This document shows positions 25,312 to 36,240 of a stretch of 64,000 nucleotides of DNA, piece after piece. This stretch comes from Podarcis melisellensis. Lineage: Eukaryota. The notes below the pieces were generated by a model. The model saw only the letters and a list, made by a program, of their open reading frames with translations. It made no database searches and was not told where the DNA came from. The position numbers and the translations under genes were made by a program. The stretch lies in NCBI GenBank assembly GCA_964234715.1, contig OZ174277.1. One strand, 5' to 3'. Position 1 is the first letter of the stretch. Each line of letters starts with the position of its first letter.

Positions 25312-27996
25312 ATGCAAGGACTCACAATGGATGCCAAGAAGGGGGGAGCTTTGCCTTCTCCGCCCCTTTTGACCAGTGACAATTATGCATCTTGGTCTAT
25401 TAAGATGAAGGCTCTGCTGCAGAATCAGAGACTGTTTGACGTGATAGAGAACCCCATTCCTGCAGCGCCAACGCGTGCTTGGGAGTCACAGGATGTGAAG
25501 GCCAGAACTGCCATAATTCTGTGCGTGTCAGATTCGCAGTTGATCCACATACAAGGCTTAGAGCACGCGAGAGATGTTTGGAACACGCTGAGAAGGACAC
25601 ATCAGAGAGATGCAGGTTCTTCAGCGTTGCTGTATTTTGAGAAGCTGACCAACCTGAGGCTTGCGCCTGATGGAGATGTTCAAGCGCACCTGACGGAAAT
25701 GAAATTTCTGCGTCAACAGATGGTGGAACGCAATTTCCGTTTGCAGGAGGAAGTGTTTTGCTTCATGGTGATCAACAGCCTGAATCGGACTTACAAAACA
25801 GTTGCCAGTCAGCTGGGGTCTCTCCCAGCGAATGATCTCACGTCGGAGAGGGTCTTTGCCGTCGTGTTGAATGAACATGACAGGCTTGCAGCCCTGGACG
25901 TGAAGGACAGAGGGAGGGAAGAACGGAGTTCTAACGCCCCCACTGCTCAAGCTACTGGAGGAGATGCTGTAGCTATGAACGTTGTCCGATGTTACAATTG
26001 TGACCAGACTGGGCATATTCAGCGGAACTGTACGAAGCCACGTCGGAAGAAAGGAGCCAAGGGAAGCTCCACAAAGTCTGACACGTCAGACAAAGGTCAC
26101 ACCAAGCCAAAGGCAAAGACTGCAAAGGCTTTGATGTCGCTAAAAGCCACACCAGAAGCGGGGAATTTCTTTGTTTTGGATACTGGAGCCACAGTTCACA
26201 TGACGGGACACAGAGGACTGTTTTCTACGTTTAAGAAGCAAAGCTTCGCTGTACAACAAGCCAACGGTCAAAAGCTGGAAGCGACCGGAATTGGGACTGT
26301 ATATCTTAAAAGTCTGAACTTGACTATAAACAATGTTTATTTGGTTCCAGAGTTGAAGTTTAATCTGCTCAGCGCTTCGCAGATTGCCAAGAAGGGACTG
26401 AAACTGTCCTATGATGATGAGAAATGCGAGATCTACAAAGATGGAGAGCTGTATCTTTCTGCCAAAGAGAAAGATGGACTGTATTTGTTGACTTTTGATC
26501 AAAGTGATTACATGAAATGTAATTCTTGTGATTCTAACATGATCTCTTTTGCAGGTGTAGCTGAGAAGGACGCCAAGCAGGTGACCTCGAGGGGCAAAAG
26601 AGCATTTCAGCGGGTGTATGCTGATGTGATTGGTCCTTTAGAACCATCTAGAGGCAATGCAAAGTATTACCTAATATGTGTTGATTCTTTTACAGGTTTT
26701 ATCTGGATTTATCTTTTGGAGAGACCGAAAGAAGCCTTAGAAAGGTTTAAGGAGTTTTGTGACAAGGTTAAAAATATGCATGATGCTGACATAGATTGTC
26801 TTTGCACAGATGAGAAGCCAATTTTTCTTTTACAGGAGTTCCAGAGGTTCCTGAAGAAGAAAGGGATAAAACACAAACTTGCAGCTTCCGAAGAAGCTTG
26901 GAATAGATGTGTTTGTGTTAGGGTGAACAAAGAATTGCATAAGGGAATGCATGCGCAATTACTTAGTTCACATCTGCCACATGAGTACTGGGCTGAATCG
27001 CTAATGTCATATTGTTATACCTGGTTGAGAAAGTTTTCAAAAGAGTTGGGAAGTTCTCCTTTTGAGAAACTGTTCCACAGAAAACCTTCTGTTGCCCATT
27101 TCAAGGTTTTTGGGTCTCATGTGAGAACAGAAGCTCCAGGTGGAGTAAAGAATGCCAGAGGCATTTTTGTGGGTTATGAAAAGGGTCTCTACAGAGTAAT
27201 TTTGTCTGAATCTGGAAAGGTGATTCTCACAAAATTTCTAGAGAGTGCTCCTGAACAAGAGAGAGTGATTGTTCACACATTTCCCACAGGTGATGATGAT
27301 TCTGATGATGATGATGATGATGTTGATTTTATTGAGTTCAGTAGTACTGATGATGACAGCGATAGCTCAGAAAGCTCAGTTGTCACAGTCATTGAGAGGA
27401 AATCTCACACAATGACTAGACCCTCAGAAGAGGAGGATGAACCACTGATTAAGCTTAGTACTGGTTCTCCAGAGAGTTCAAAGGCTGAACCAGAAAGTAG
27501 AGAAGAGCAGCACCTCTTACGTAGGTCTGAGAGAGCAACGAAGGGTGTACCACCCAAGAGGTATTCACAAGAGTTTGCTTACTTAGCTGTTGCTGTTGTA
27601 AACGACCAAGGTCAGATTGAAGCTGTGTCTGAGTCAGAGACAAAGGCACAACAGAGAATTGTTAACCAAGGTAATGCAGAAGCACTCATTCCTTGGAAGT
27701 CACACAACCAGAGAGGTACATTGGTAAAACCAGTGGCGGGTAGTTCCAAGGGTGGAACTGAAACAACAGGGGAATGTTATAAGTATAACAACTGTTTGTT
27801 TTCTTCTCTGGATGACGCTTTGCTCGCAGCACGCATTGATACTTTAGGGGGAGGATGTTATTCTAAAGCACCAAGGCTGCAGCAAGCAAAGGCAGCACAG
27901 TCTGCTGCTTGTGGCTGGAAAGCCAAACAGGATGTTTGTGACTGTTGCCATGGGAACAAAGGGGCAGTCCATTCTGTACTGAGCACCGGATGTTAG
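25312..27996 (+). CDS. Copia-type Gag-protease-(pseudo)integrase polyprotein, 894 aa
   Basis: Gag N-terminus (NYASWSIKMKALL), UBN2-like core, CCHC knuckle CYNCDQTGHIQRNC (25990-26031), aspartic protease LDTGAT (26179), rve-like ADVIGP...VDSFT...TDE, and GIFVGYEKGLY. No YxDD RT or RNase H. The second ATG (25327, ACAATGG) has the better Kozak context. Confidence 0.88.
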   Translation: MQGLTMDAKKGGALPSPPLLTSDNYASWSIKMKALLQNQRLFDVIENPIPAAPTRAWESQDVKARTAIILCVSDSQLIHIQGLEHARDVWNTLRRTHQRDAGSSALLYFEKLTNLRLAPDGDVQAHLTEMKFLRQQMVERNFRLQEEVFCFMVINSLNRTYKTVASQLGSLPANDLTSERVFAVVLNEHDRLAALDVKDRGREERSSNAPTAQATGGDAVAMNVVRCYNCDQTGHIQRNCTKPRRKKGAKGSSTKSDTSDKGHTKPKAKTAKALMSLKATPEAGNFFVLDTGATVHMTGHRGLFSTFKKQSFAVQQANGQKLEATGIGTVYLKSLNLTINNVYLVPELKFNLLSASQIAKKGLKLSYDDEKCEIYKDGELYLSAKEKDGLYLLTFDQSDYMKCNSCDSNMISFAGVAEKDAKQVTSRGKRAFQRVYADVIGPLEPSRGNAKYYLICVDSFTGFIWIYLLERPKEALERFKEFCDKVKNMHDADIDCLCTDEKPIFLLQEFQRFLKKKGIKHKLAASEEAWNRCVCVRVNKELHKGMHAQLLSSHLPHEYWAESLMSYCYTWLRKFSKELGSSPFEKLFHRKPSVAHFKVFGSHVRTEAPGGVKNARGIFVGYEKGLYRVILSESGKVILTKFLESAPEQERVIVHTFPTGDDDSDDDDDDVDFIEFSSTDDDSDSSESSVVTVIERKSHTMTRPSEEEDEPLIKLSTGSPESSKAEPESREEQHLLRRSERATKGVPPKRYSQEFAYLAVAVVNDQGQIEAVSESETKAQQRIVNQGNAEALIPWKSHNQRGTLVKPVAGSSKGGTETTGECYKYNNCLFSSLDDALLAARIDTLGGGCYSKAPRLQQAKAAQSAACGWKAKQDVCDCCHGNKGAVHSVLSTGC
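27846..27855 (+). other. Polypurine tract
   Basis: AGGGGGAGGA directly abutting the 3' LTR; Copia-type PPT. Confidence 0.88.
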
Positions 27997-28339
27997 CTCA
28001 GTGGGTTTGTCATATGACCTGTACAGGATGTACATGGGTGAGTTTCTCTCTGTATGTTGAAGAGAGCAGACATGTTTACTGGATGACTGCTGAAAGACAC
28101 AAATAAAAGGAGATGTAGATACGTTACTGTCTGTGTCTGATTCCCCTCCCTGGGGATATGCAGGGAGGAGGAGAGAAGGAGAAGCAGTTGGTGTGTTTTC
28201 CTCACAGCCTGAGGAAAATCGCCGGAACGGACCTCGTGTTGTTTATCCTGCCGGGAGTCGCCGGAGGGAGGTCTAAGGAATTCAGCCGGTGCCTGATCAG
28301 ATAGGCACATACCGATGACCGGGTAGCAGAATTCCAACA
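27856..28339 (+). repeat. 3' LTR
   Basis: Identical to the 5' LTR, preceded by the PPT and followed by the TSD. Confidence 0.95.
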
Positions 28340-31300
28340 GTTTGTTGGGGGGGGCGAGCCCCTGCCCCAATCTTGAGGGATCAGAGGATGCTGAGTGCAA
28401 GAGAGAAGGAGCTGCCATTGAAGCTGCACCGTGCTGGGCTCCGCACTCAGCTTCCTCCCAAACAATGCGCATGTGCTGTGGCCTGACGCCACTGCCAGCC
28501 CCCTGCCTGCAAACATGCCTAGACCGCCTTGGTCTGCGCTGTCACCCACCCACAAGTGTGCTCAGGCCACCTTGGTGGGCTGCATCATTGTGAGGAAGCC
28601 TCTTTCAACTGGTTGGTTGTTGGTTTTTTGGTCACTGGTCAAGTGTTTTGAGAAATAAAAGGCTGCAAAAGACTTCCAGTGATAGGCTGGAATCACTCAG
28701 AGGTCTACTCTTACACAACATGGACCCTTAGGCTTGTGAGGGGAAGGTGAAGCAGCAAGGCATGAGGAATTATGGGTAGCGGTAGCAACTGGGAAGGCAG
28801 CTACAGAAGGGCTCTCATAATTCGTGCAGACTTCAGTGCTAAAGTAGGACGGAATTAGTACTGATTTAGAGTAGGGCAGTGTAAATGTGGTGACTGATTG
28901 GAGTTATTGTTTCTTTCAAGGTGGCCTGTAAGCATACACAGTTACTGCCATAATGAAATTATCCTAATGAAGGCATTGGATCACTTTTACTACTGGATTG
29001 TCTATTTTATACGTACAGCTGGGATGTATTACCCAGAGTGGAGAGGAGACATTTGTTAAATTGATTCGGCAGACTCATTTTATGTATTCTTAGTATAAGA
29101 GCTTCAGCTCTGATTAATAGGCCACGTGCAGTTGCCATCTTAAGTTTCAATACCAAATAATTTGTGACGCTGCTTATTCAATGAGGGAAGTTTTCAAAAT
29201 GCCACCTGCTATGTTCCTTTAAGCCTTTCAATGGCAAGCTATTCTGAAGCACTCTAAAATGAAAATGTATTTACTTTCCCCATGCAAATCTGAGAATGAG
29301 GCACTTATTCCCCCCTCCCCCATTTTGTTCACTCAGCTTCTGTTTGCATGTGTTGCAGATATAAGTTTGTGCTGGCTCTTATCAAATTAGGCTGAGTTCT
29401 GGACTAACCCATCAGATTGGTCCTCTTTTCCAACAACCTTTATATTTTAACATGGCAAATAATAATAATAATAATAAATAATATAGCATATTATTTTAAA
29501 TACACACACAACTGTTTGTGGGATATTTAATCCAGATTTTGTCTGGAGTCTGTACCCCAGTATAACTATTACAAGATTGCTGAGCTTTCTACAGAACCTT
29601 TTCATATGGATTATTCATATGAAAGAAGGCATAGATGTTTGCAGCCATCTCTTCTGGCCCTTTATTTTTCAGGTGGCATCTTGTCTTCAAGTCTGATGTT
29701 TCTGCTGTTAAAATACCAGGCTAGTGCACAGTAAGACCACTCATTCATGATTGAGCACCATGTGGGGTGGGGAGGAGTCACTGTTGAGGAAGCATGCATG
29801 AGAAGATTGTGATGTCAGGGTATCTTCGCATAAAAGTGATAAATTTTCTGTTGCTTCCTCCAGTAGCTGTAAATCTGCATTGGCCAGAATGCTCATTTGC
29901 ATTACAAATACCCACTCCTCAGCATTTCTCTTTAGCAGAGGTTAACAATAATAGTATCTCAAAAGTGACTTGGAGTCTTGCGTGTGGAAACAGGTAACTG
30001 GTGCCATCCTAGAATGCCTGCAGCACTATCATTTTTTGCATTTTTGTGAAGGATTTTACTTATTGTATGTAAGCTACTCTGGGAGCCAATCTTACCTGAA
30101 ATACATGGTACAAGTGTGATCTTAAGTACATATGTATCTAATAAAGCAAAGTTAAGGGAGTGTTGAATTAAAACAAAGTTTATGGAGGTGGTCCTGTTCT
30201 TCAGAAAATAACTACTTTTCAGAGAATCAAAACTGCTAAATTGTTTCAATTCAATGCATGTGCTCCTATAACTGCACACAAATGAAATAATGTTTGCTTA
30301 GTAGGGGAAGAGACTTAGCTCCAGGCAACCTTGTGTACACGGAGAAATCAAGTCCCTCACTTGTTACATTTTGATAGATTTAATCATTCATCTTTAGAAA
30401 TAGCGATAGAAGCATGCGGAGACTTGACAAAGTTTGCTGGTGGCTCAAATCAATGCCAATGTCTGTGGCAAAATAGATTCAACGTCCACTTGTTAGAGTA
30501 TCTGTTTTTGTAGAAACTGTGCAGAAGTGAAGGGAACTGGGAGGGGTGGTATGCTGTGCTTCGAAACCTGCGCTGAGAGTGAAGGAAGGCCTGTGAAGAA
30601 AAAAATCAAAGTGTCTTGGAGATGCTAATCCCAAGTACACCAAAAGCAAGTTTTGCTTAGGTTTTTTTTTTAAAAAATAAAATAAAAATGCACCTGTAGT
30701 CACTTTACATATGTTGCGTGCCATCCCAATCTCCAAGCGGTGGAAGATTCCAAGTGTTCCAGACATGCCTACCCAGGATCCATGTTTCCTTTTGGAAATG
30801 AGGCACAGCAGAGACTGTGGTATCTTTAGGATATATGGTTTCTTTACAGACATGCATATAACCTGGCCTGCAGTGGAGGGCATCACAGCAACAACACTCC
30901 AGTAGGGTCTTGCTTCTCCCATAGGTACAGCTCTGGATTCAAACCTGCATCAGCCATGGCTCTGACCCTCTCCTCAGCTTGCCGCCTTTAATGGACTGCC
31001 ACCTTTTCCCTCGCAGCCACATTCCATCCAACTCTAAACTCTGAATACTGACTTTTGTTCTTCTAATTAACTCTGAGCAGAGCGAGAGGTTCCACCCACT
31101 TGCTGTCTGGCAAAGATGTTGCCTTCTCAAGGGGTCATTACCTTCCCTTTCTTAATGGCTCGTCTCCCAGGCAATTCAATAGAATCTGTGCTGAATCCAG
31201 GAATTAGAAGGGAGATCCAGGCATTCAGCCTACCACCCACAAAACCCCTCATAACACTTAATAATAACTTGAGAACAAGAAACAGTTACACACATGAACA

Positions 31301-33442
31301 GAAAGAGGCTGGAGTTTACACAGTTAAGGCAGACACTGGGTTACAGACATTAAAAATGCACTGTTGGGCATTTTCCAAAGTCCCTCCAGAAAGAAGCATG
31401 GTGTCCTGGCTCCCTGGGATGAGACACATAAACTCAGATGCTGATGATTTTCAAAAGCTTTAATGCTCAAATCTATACGATGCATATGCAAATCACCAGT
31501 CAAAGACACAACAGGCAGTATTCATCAAGGAACACTAAGGAAGCTGGCCACAGCTATTGCCATAGTTGCTCCCAAACATCATTCTATACTGCTTTATTTC
31601 AACAGAAAACAATTGTCTTTCTAAGCTTCCATTACATCTGTAAAGTGACATTCAGGAAAGCTGAACTGTCAAATGAATATTGTCTCCCCTGTGTGGTTAA
31701 GTTGTCGTCTGCCTGCTGGGATGAATTTGCCAACTGCTTTTGTGGAGAGAAATCACTTGTAGTCAGTTCTAGTTCATCAGCACAGCACGGGAGTATAAGA
31801 GGCTAAACTTCCTCCTGCCTATTTAGATCAATTTCAGTCTATATTGCTCACCAATGTAAAGAGTGAGCATTACTCTTGCATCATTGCTAGCGGGAAGATC
31901 ATAGAAAGTGAGGAAGGTCATTTGTTGGTCACAGTCACAATGTGACCTGGATGTAGACAAGGCCACTGTAAGGATGATTGGCAGTTCCTTGTGCTAACAT
32001 TGACCAAATTAAGCCTTTACTGATTGTGCAGTCCTGTTGTGCTTGGAACAGCAGGTTGCGGAGATAGCTCCGAGTGCTTTCCCCCAACACCCACCTTTTG
32101 TTTCTCTTCTAGACCTAGAAATAAATCCATCACACATCCTGAAATGTGCAGCAGATTGCTATGTGCTTGAACTGACTGCTCTTGACACATTTAAAGACTC
32201 GCCTGGCACTGTAGGAACAATCCCCTGGAAAGGGGTGACTCACATTAAATTGGTTCTTCAGCATCTGCACAGTCTCCACAGCGGCCTGATTTGCACAAAA
32301 TGCTAAACCATTGTTTAAAATTAAACTATGGCTTAGCCAGAACTCATCAGAAGTCCCCAACACACTCCCTCCCTGCTTCTTCCTATGCTGCAGAGGAGGA
32401 AACAAACAATAGGCTAGTTTGCAAGCTACCTTGTTTGTTTTCTCCTGCAATGCAAAGGGAGGAGTGGGGTGGAGAGCTCTGTGGTTTCCCTTCTTGCGGC
32501 GTATATACTAAGCTTGCTATGTGCTCAGTTTAAATCATAATTTAATTTTCACGATGGTTTTAATGTGGTGTGCAACTGTTGCCTCTCTCCCGTCGTATTC
32601 TCTTAGATTTGCTGAAAACATCTCAACTCTTTGACAAGCCCAGAGAGCAGGGATACGCAGAGAGCAATTGTTTGTGAATCCTCTGCAGCTAAGGTAGCAT
32701 CCTTTCATTCAAAACACACTCAAGCTTATTTTTTTTGTTTGTTTGTTGTACTAGATGCATTGCATGATCACTTTAGTAGCACTCTTACCTGAGGTTGGAT
32801 TTAAGCCGCCAAGTAAAAAGCAGAATTCTAAAATACATTCCTTTTGATTTTTCATTTTTCATTTGTGTTGGCAGTTTAACTCATGCTGAGTCCTAGGGAT
32901 GGGGCAAGATACATATTTCAAACTATAGGAAGGATAAATTAGAACTAATATAAAATGAAATGCAGACATTTAGGATTCTTACTGAATTGTTAGTTAGCAT
33001 AATAAAGCATAGCCAATAAAGCATACTCAGCTGGAGGAATAAGAACTTTAAAAAATAATAATTCTCAAGACTTTAATATTTTTGCTAGGACACATTTCAA
33101 TTTTCTTTTCCCAATATTTCTTTTCTAGCTCTTATTTCTTTTCCCTCTCTCATCCCATACTATTGTTGCACAGTGAGGAAAAAAAATAATTTATTCAGGT
33201 TGTTGTGCAGGGGAAGCTGAGAACACATAGTGAAAAATCTATCTCCGTATTTCCACATAGTGTTTTCTGAGTTACACAACACTCCCCCAACCACCATGCT
33301 CAAGATGTTTAAAATGGCCTCTCTCTCTTTCCCCCCCAAAGAAACGTCTAGAAAGTTCTAGATTTTATTTGCGGAAGACTGACTTTCTTTCAATAACTCG
33401 CTCTCAAAAGAGTTTTGCACTGGGTACCTCTGTATATAAGTA

Positions 33443-33672
33443 CAGTGGTACCTCAGGTTACAGACGCTTCAGGTTACACGTTTTCAGGTTGCGGATTGTG
33501 GGAAACCCAGAAGTACCAGAAAGGGTTACTTCTGGGTTTCGCCGCTTGCACATGTGCAGAAGCGCTAAATCGCGCCACGTGCGTGTGCAGACACGGTGCT
33601 GCAGGTTACAAATGCTGTGGGTTGTGGACGTGCCTCCGTCACGGATTACGTCCGCAACCTGAGGTTCCACTG
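33443..33672. mobile_element. Tigger-like MITE
   Basis: TA|CAGTGGTACCTCAGGTT...AACCTGAGGTTCCACTG|TA. Confidence 0.8.
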
Positions 33673-34749
33673 TAGTATGCAGAGCCTGTGTCACAAATAA
33701 ATATAGCAGTCAGGAAGAAAGCACTTGAGTGAGAAGTAATGGCTGCAGCCTTAGTCATGAACTCACAGTAATGTACATAACCTCTTGTAGGGCAGGGGTG
33801 GGAAACCAGTTTTCTCCAGATGTTGTTGAACCACAGCTCACATTAGTCCCAGTTGTCCCAATTAACATCTGGAAGGTCACACGTCACGTCCCCCCTCTGC
33901 TGTGGAATTCACAATTAGCGTGTATGTGTGTTCTACAAAAAAAAATACATGTTAGTTAGTGTGAAATAGTAGTTGGGCGACGAAATAGTAGTTGTTTGAC
34001 AAAAACTGAAAGATGCTTTTTCAGCTATGAAGCTCAATGTATTTCACCTTGAGCCATCCACTGTCAGCCTAATCCTACCTCACAGAGTTTATTATGAGCT
34101 CAACCGGGGGTAGAGAAAAGAACCTCATATGGTGTCTAGAGCTCCTTGGAGGTAGGATGAATAAAACTGCAATGACTCCAATAAATAGCATAGCAACAAG
34201 AAATTCTTGCCCTTGTATTGTTACAGATGTGGCATTGTCCACTGACGTAGGTGGCTTTAAAAGTGGATTTAATAAATACATGGAGGTAGACATGTGACTT
34301 TCATGTAGAGCCTTAAAATGCAACTTATTAAAGCATAGCAAACAGAACTGTGTAGCCAGCATAATTTACGCCAAGGTACATTATGCTGGCATAACATAGA
34401 GGGAAGTCTGCCCCTGCCCTGTGCCACCTCACCGCTCCCTCACAATACTCCTTTTGAAAAGGAACTTAACCCATCTGAGCTAGGATTTATGCCAGGGTAT
34501 CTCTAGCTGAGCTGGGATGACAGACTTCAGTCGACATAGTCCCACCTGAACCCAGGCTGGAGCTCTGCCTGTTCCAATGTCTGCTCATCCTGGCAGATCT
34601 TAGGTTTGGATTCCTCCCTAAATTGTTGAAATGTTATTGTTTGCTGAAGTAACTCTTTGTAAAACAGCAAGTAATGGTATTCCGACGATTCCAAATCAAT
34701 TTAATTTAGAAAATGATGGGAGCTCTTACTTGGGAACTGGTGTCTAAAG

Positions 34750-34896
34750 CAGTGGCGTAGCGTGGGTTGTCAGCACCCGGGGCAAGGCAAGTAATTTGCG
34801 CCCCCTAACCCGTGGATTTGCGCCCCCTAACCCTAACCCCCAGATGTTGCGGCCGGGGCAGCCGCCCCCCCCTGCACCCCCCACGCTACGCCACAG
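34750..34896. mobile_element. hAT-type MITE with CCCTAA units
   Basis: TIRs CAGTGGCGTAGCGTGGG / CCCACGCTACGCCACAG; perfect 8-bp TSD GTCTAAAG. Confidence 0.82.
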
Positions 34897-36240
34897 GTCT
34901 AAAGGGAAAAAGCATCATTAGATGAAAGAACTACAATGCCATTTAACTGAAGTTTCATATTTTCTTGATTGTTAGAAATATAAAATATGCTTTATAAACT
35001 AATGCTCAAGGCATTGCTTAAAAATCAAATGCTAGCAGGAAAACTACATCAAGGATATAATTTAATTACATAGGCAGTTTAAAAGCATACTACTCAACTC
35101 CCTCTTGCTTAGCATTGGCTGCTAAACAGTTTCATAAGCATAAGCAAGCTTTTTTGGGGGGGGTAGTAGTAGTAGTAGTAAATGTGATAAAAATGCAACT
35201 GAATGTGATTTTTTTGTGTGTTCATGGATAAATGGTAGTAGTAATGGTATTCAATTATTATTATATTACGACAAAGTATTAATAAAACCATCAGCAAATT
35301 ATTAATTGAATTATAGACATAATACTTACGGTGGCAATTTTATTCCAATTCCATAGCGTGCCTAAGGTAGGTCTGCTTTGCTACCTCTCTGTGCGGTGGG
35401 CAACACTGAGGAGCTGAAATGCAGAGCAAATTTTGTCTTCCTAATGGAAGCTTCACAGACTGTGCAACTCAGCTGTCTGTGAAGTGACATGTTTGGGCTC
35501 TAGAGCAAGTAGCCTCCGATGCGTCTGCTCCATAAGATAGCATATTGCGTAACGTTTGAAAGGGGAGGCTTATATCCCAAGCCTATATTTGCAATTTAGA
35601 ACTGAAGTTGTTGTCTGTTCCACCCCAACAGCTTGTCGGTATCTGTGGCATGGTCCTGTGATCCAATAAAACTGCACAGGCTTTCCAAAATACAGAGTGA
35701 CAGTGTAGAGGAAATAGGCACAGTGTAGTGCACAACAATGGAAAATAGAAAGCTTAACCATTTGATGTTCACGTGCCATCAGCTGTATACGCCAAAGACA
35801 GCATGGGCGGGGGCGGGGAAGCCCTAATAACCAAACCTGCACATCAGAGGAGACATAGCATCCACAAAAATTATTATGTGCAAGAGTCTAGGATAACTTG
35901 CTTCAGAAATTGGCAGGATCACTGTGTGACCGATCCATGCTTCCTTGCACCTCCAGCTGTTGAGTAGTTAGAAATGCCTGCTGTTCCTTCTGGTTTCCTG
36001 GAGGTTCTGTATGTTCACTTTGCATCTGCTTTGAACACAGCTCAGGGCCAATTTACATTCCCTTGAGTTAACCTTGCAGGCCTGCTTCACACACATACCG
36101 GTACATTGATATCCTATGCTGTTGTAGACAATACGTGTGAGTATTTATGCTTATATCCCATCTCTCCTCCAGAGCTCAAATTGTTGTCCACAGCTCTGAC
36201 ATATTATGAGAGGGCGGTATGTACTTTTATAGATAAGTAG

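Larger units (their letters stand above)
24346..28339 (+). mobile_element. Ty1/Copia LTR retrotransposon, non-autonomous (no RT/RNase H), very recent insertion
   Basis: Two TG...CA LTRs of 484 bp, identical by eye; TSD GTTTG (24341-24345 and 28340-28344); PBS; PPT; Gag-PR-IN domain order. Confidence 0.95.

Noticed and set aside
24346-28339. The identical 484-bp repeats could be an assembly duplication
   Set aside because: TG..CA ends, TSD, PBS and PPT sit exactly where retrotransposition predicts.
29597-29629. Small hairpin TTTCATATG/CATATGAAA
   Set aside because: Too short and AT-rich to distinguish from chance; not a miRNA-length stem.
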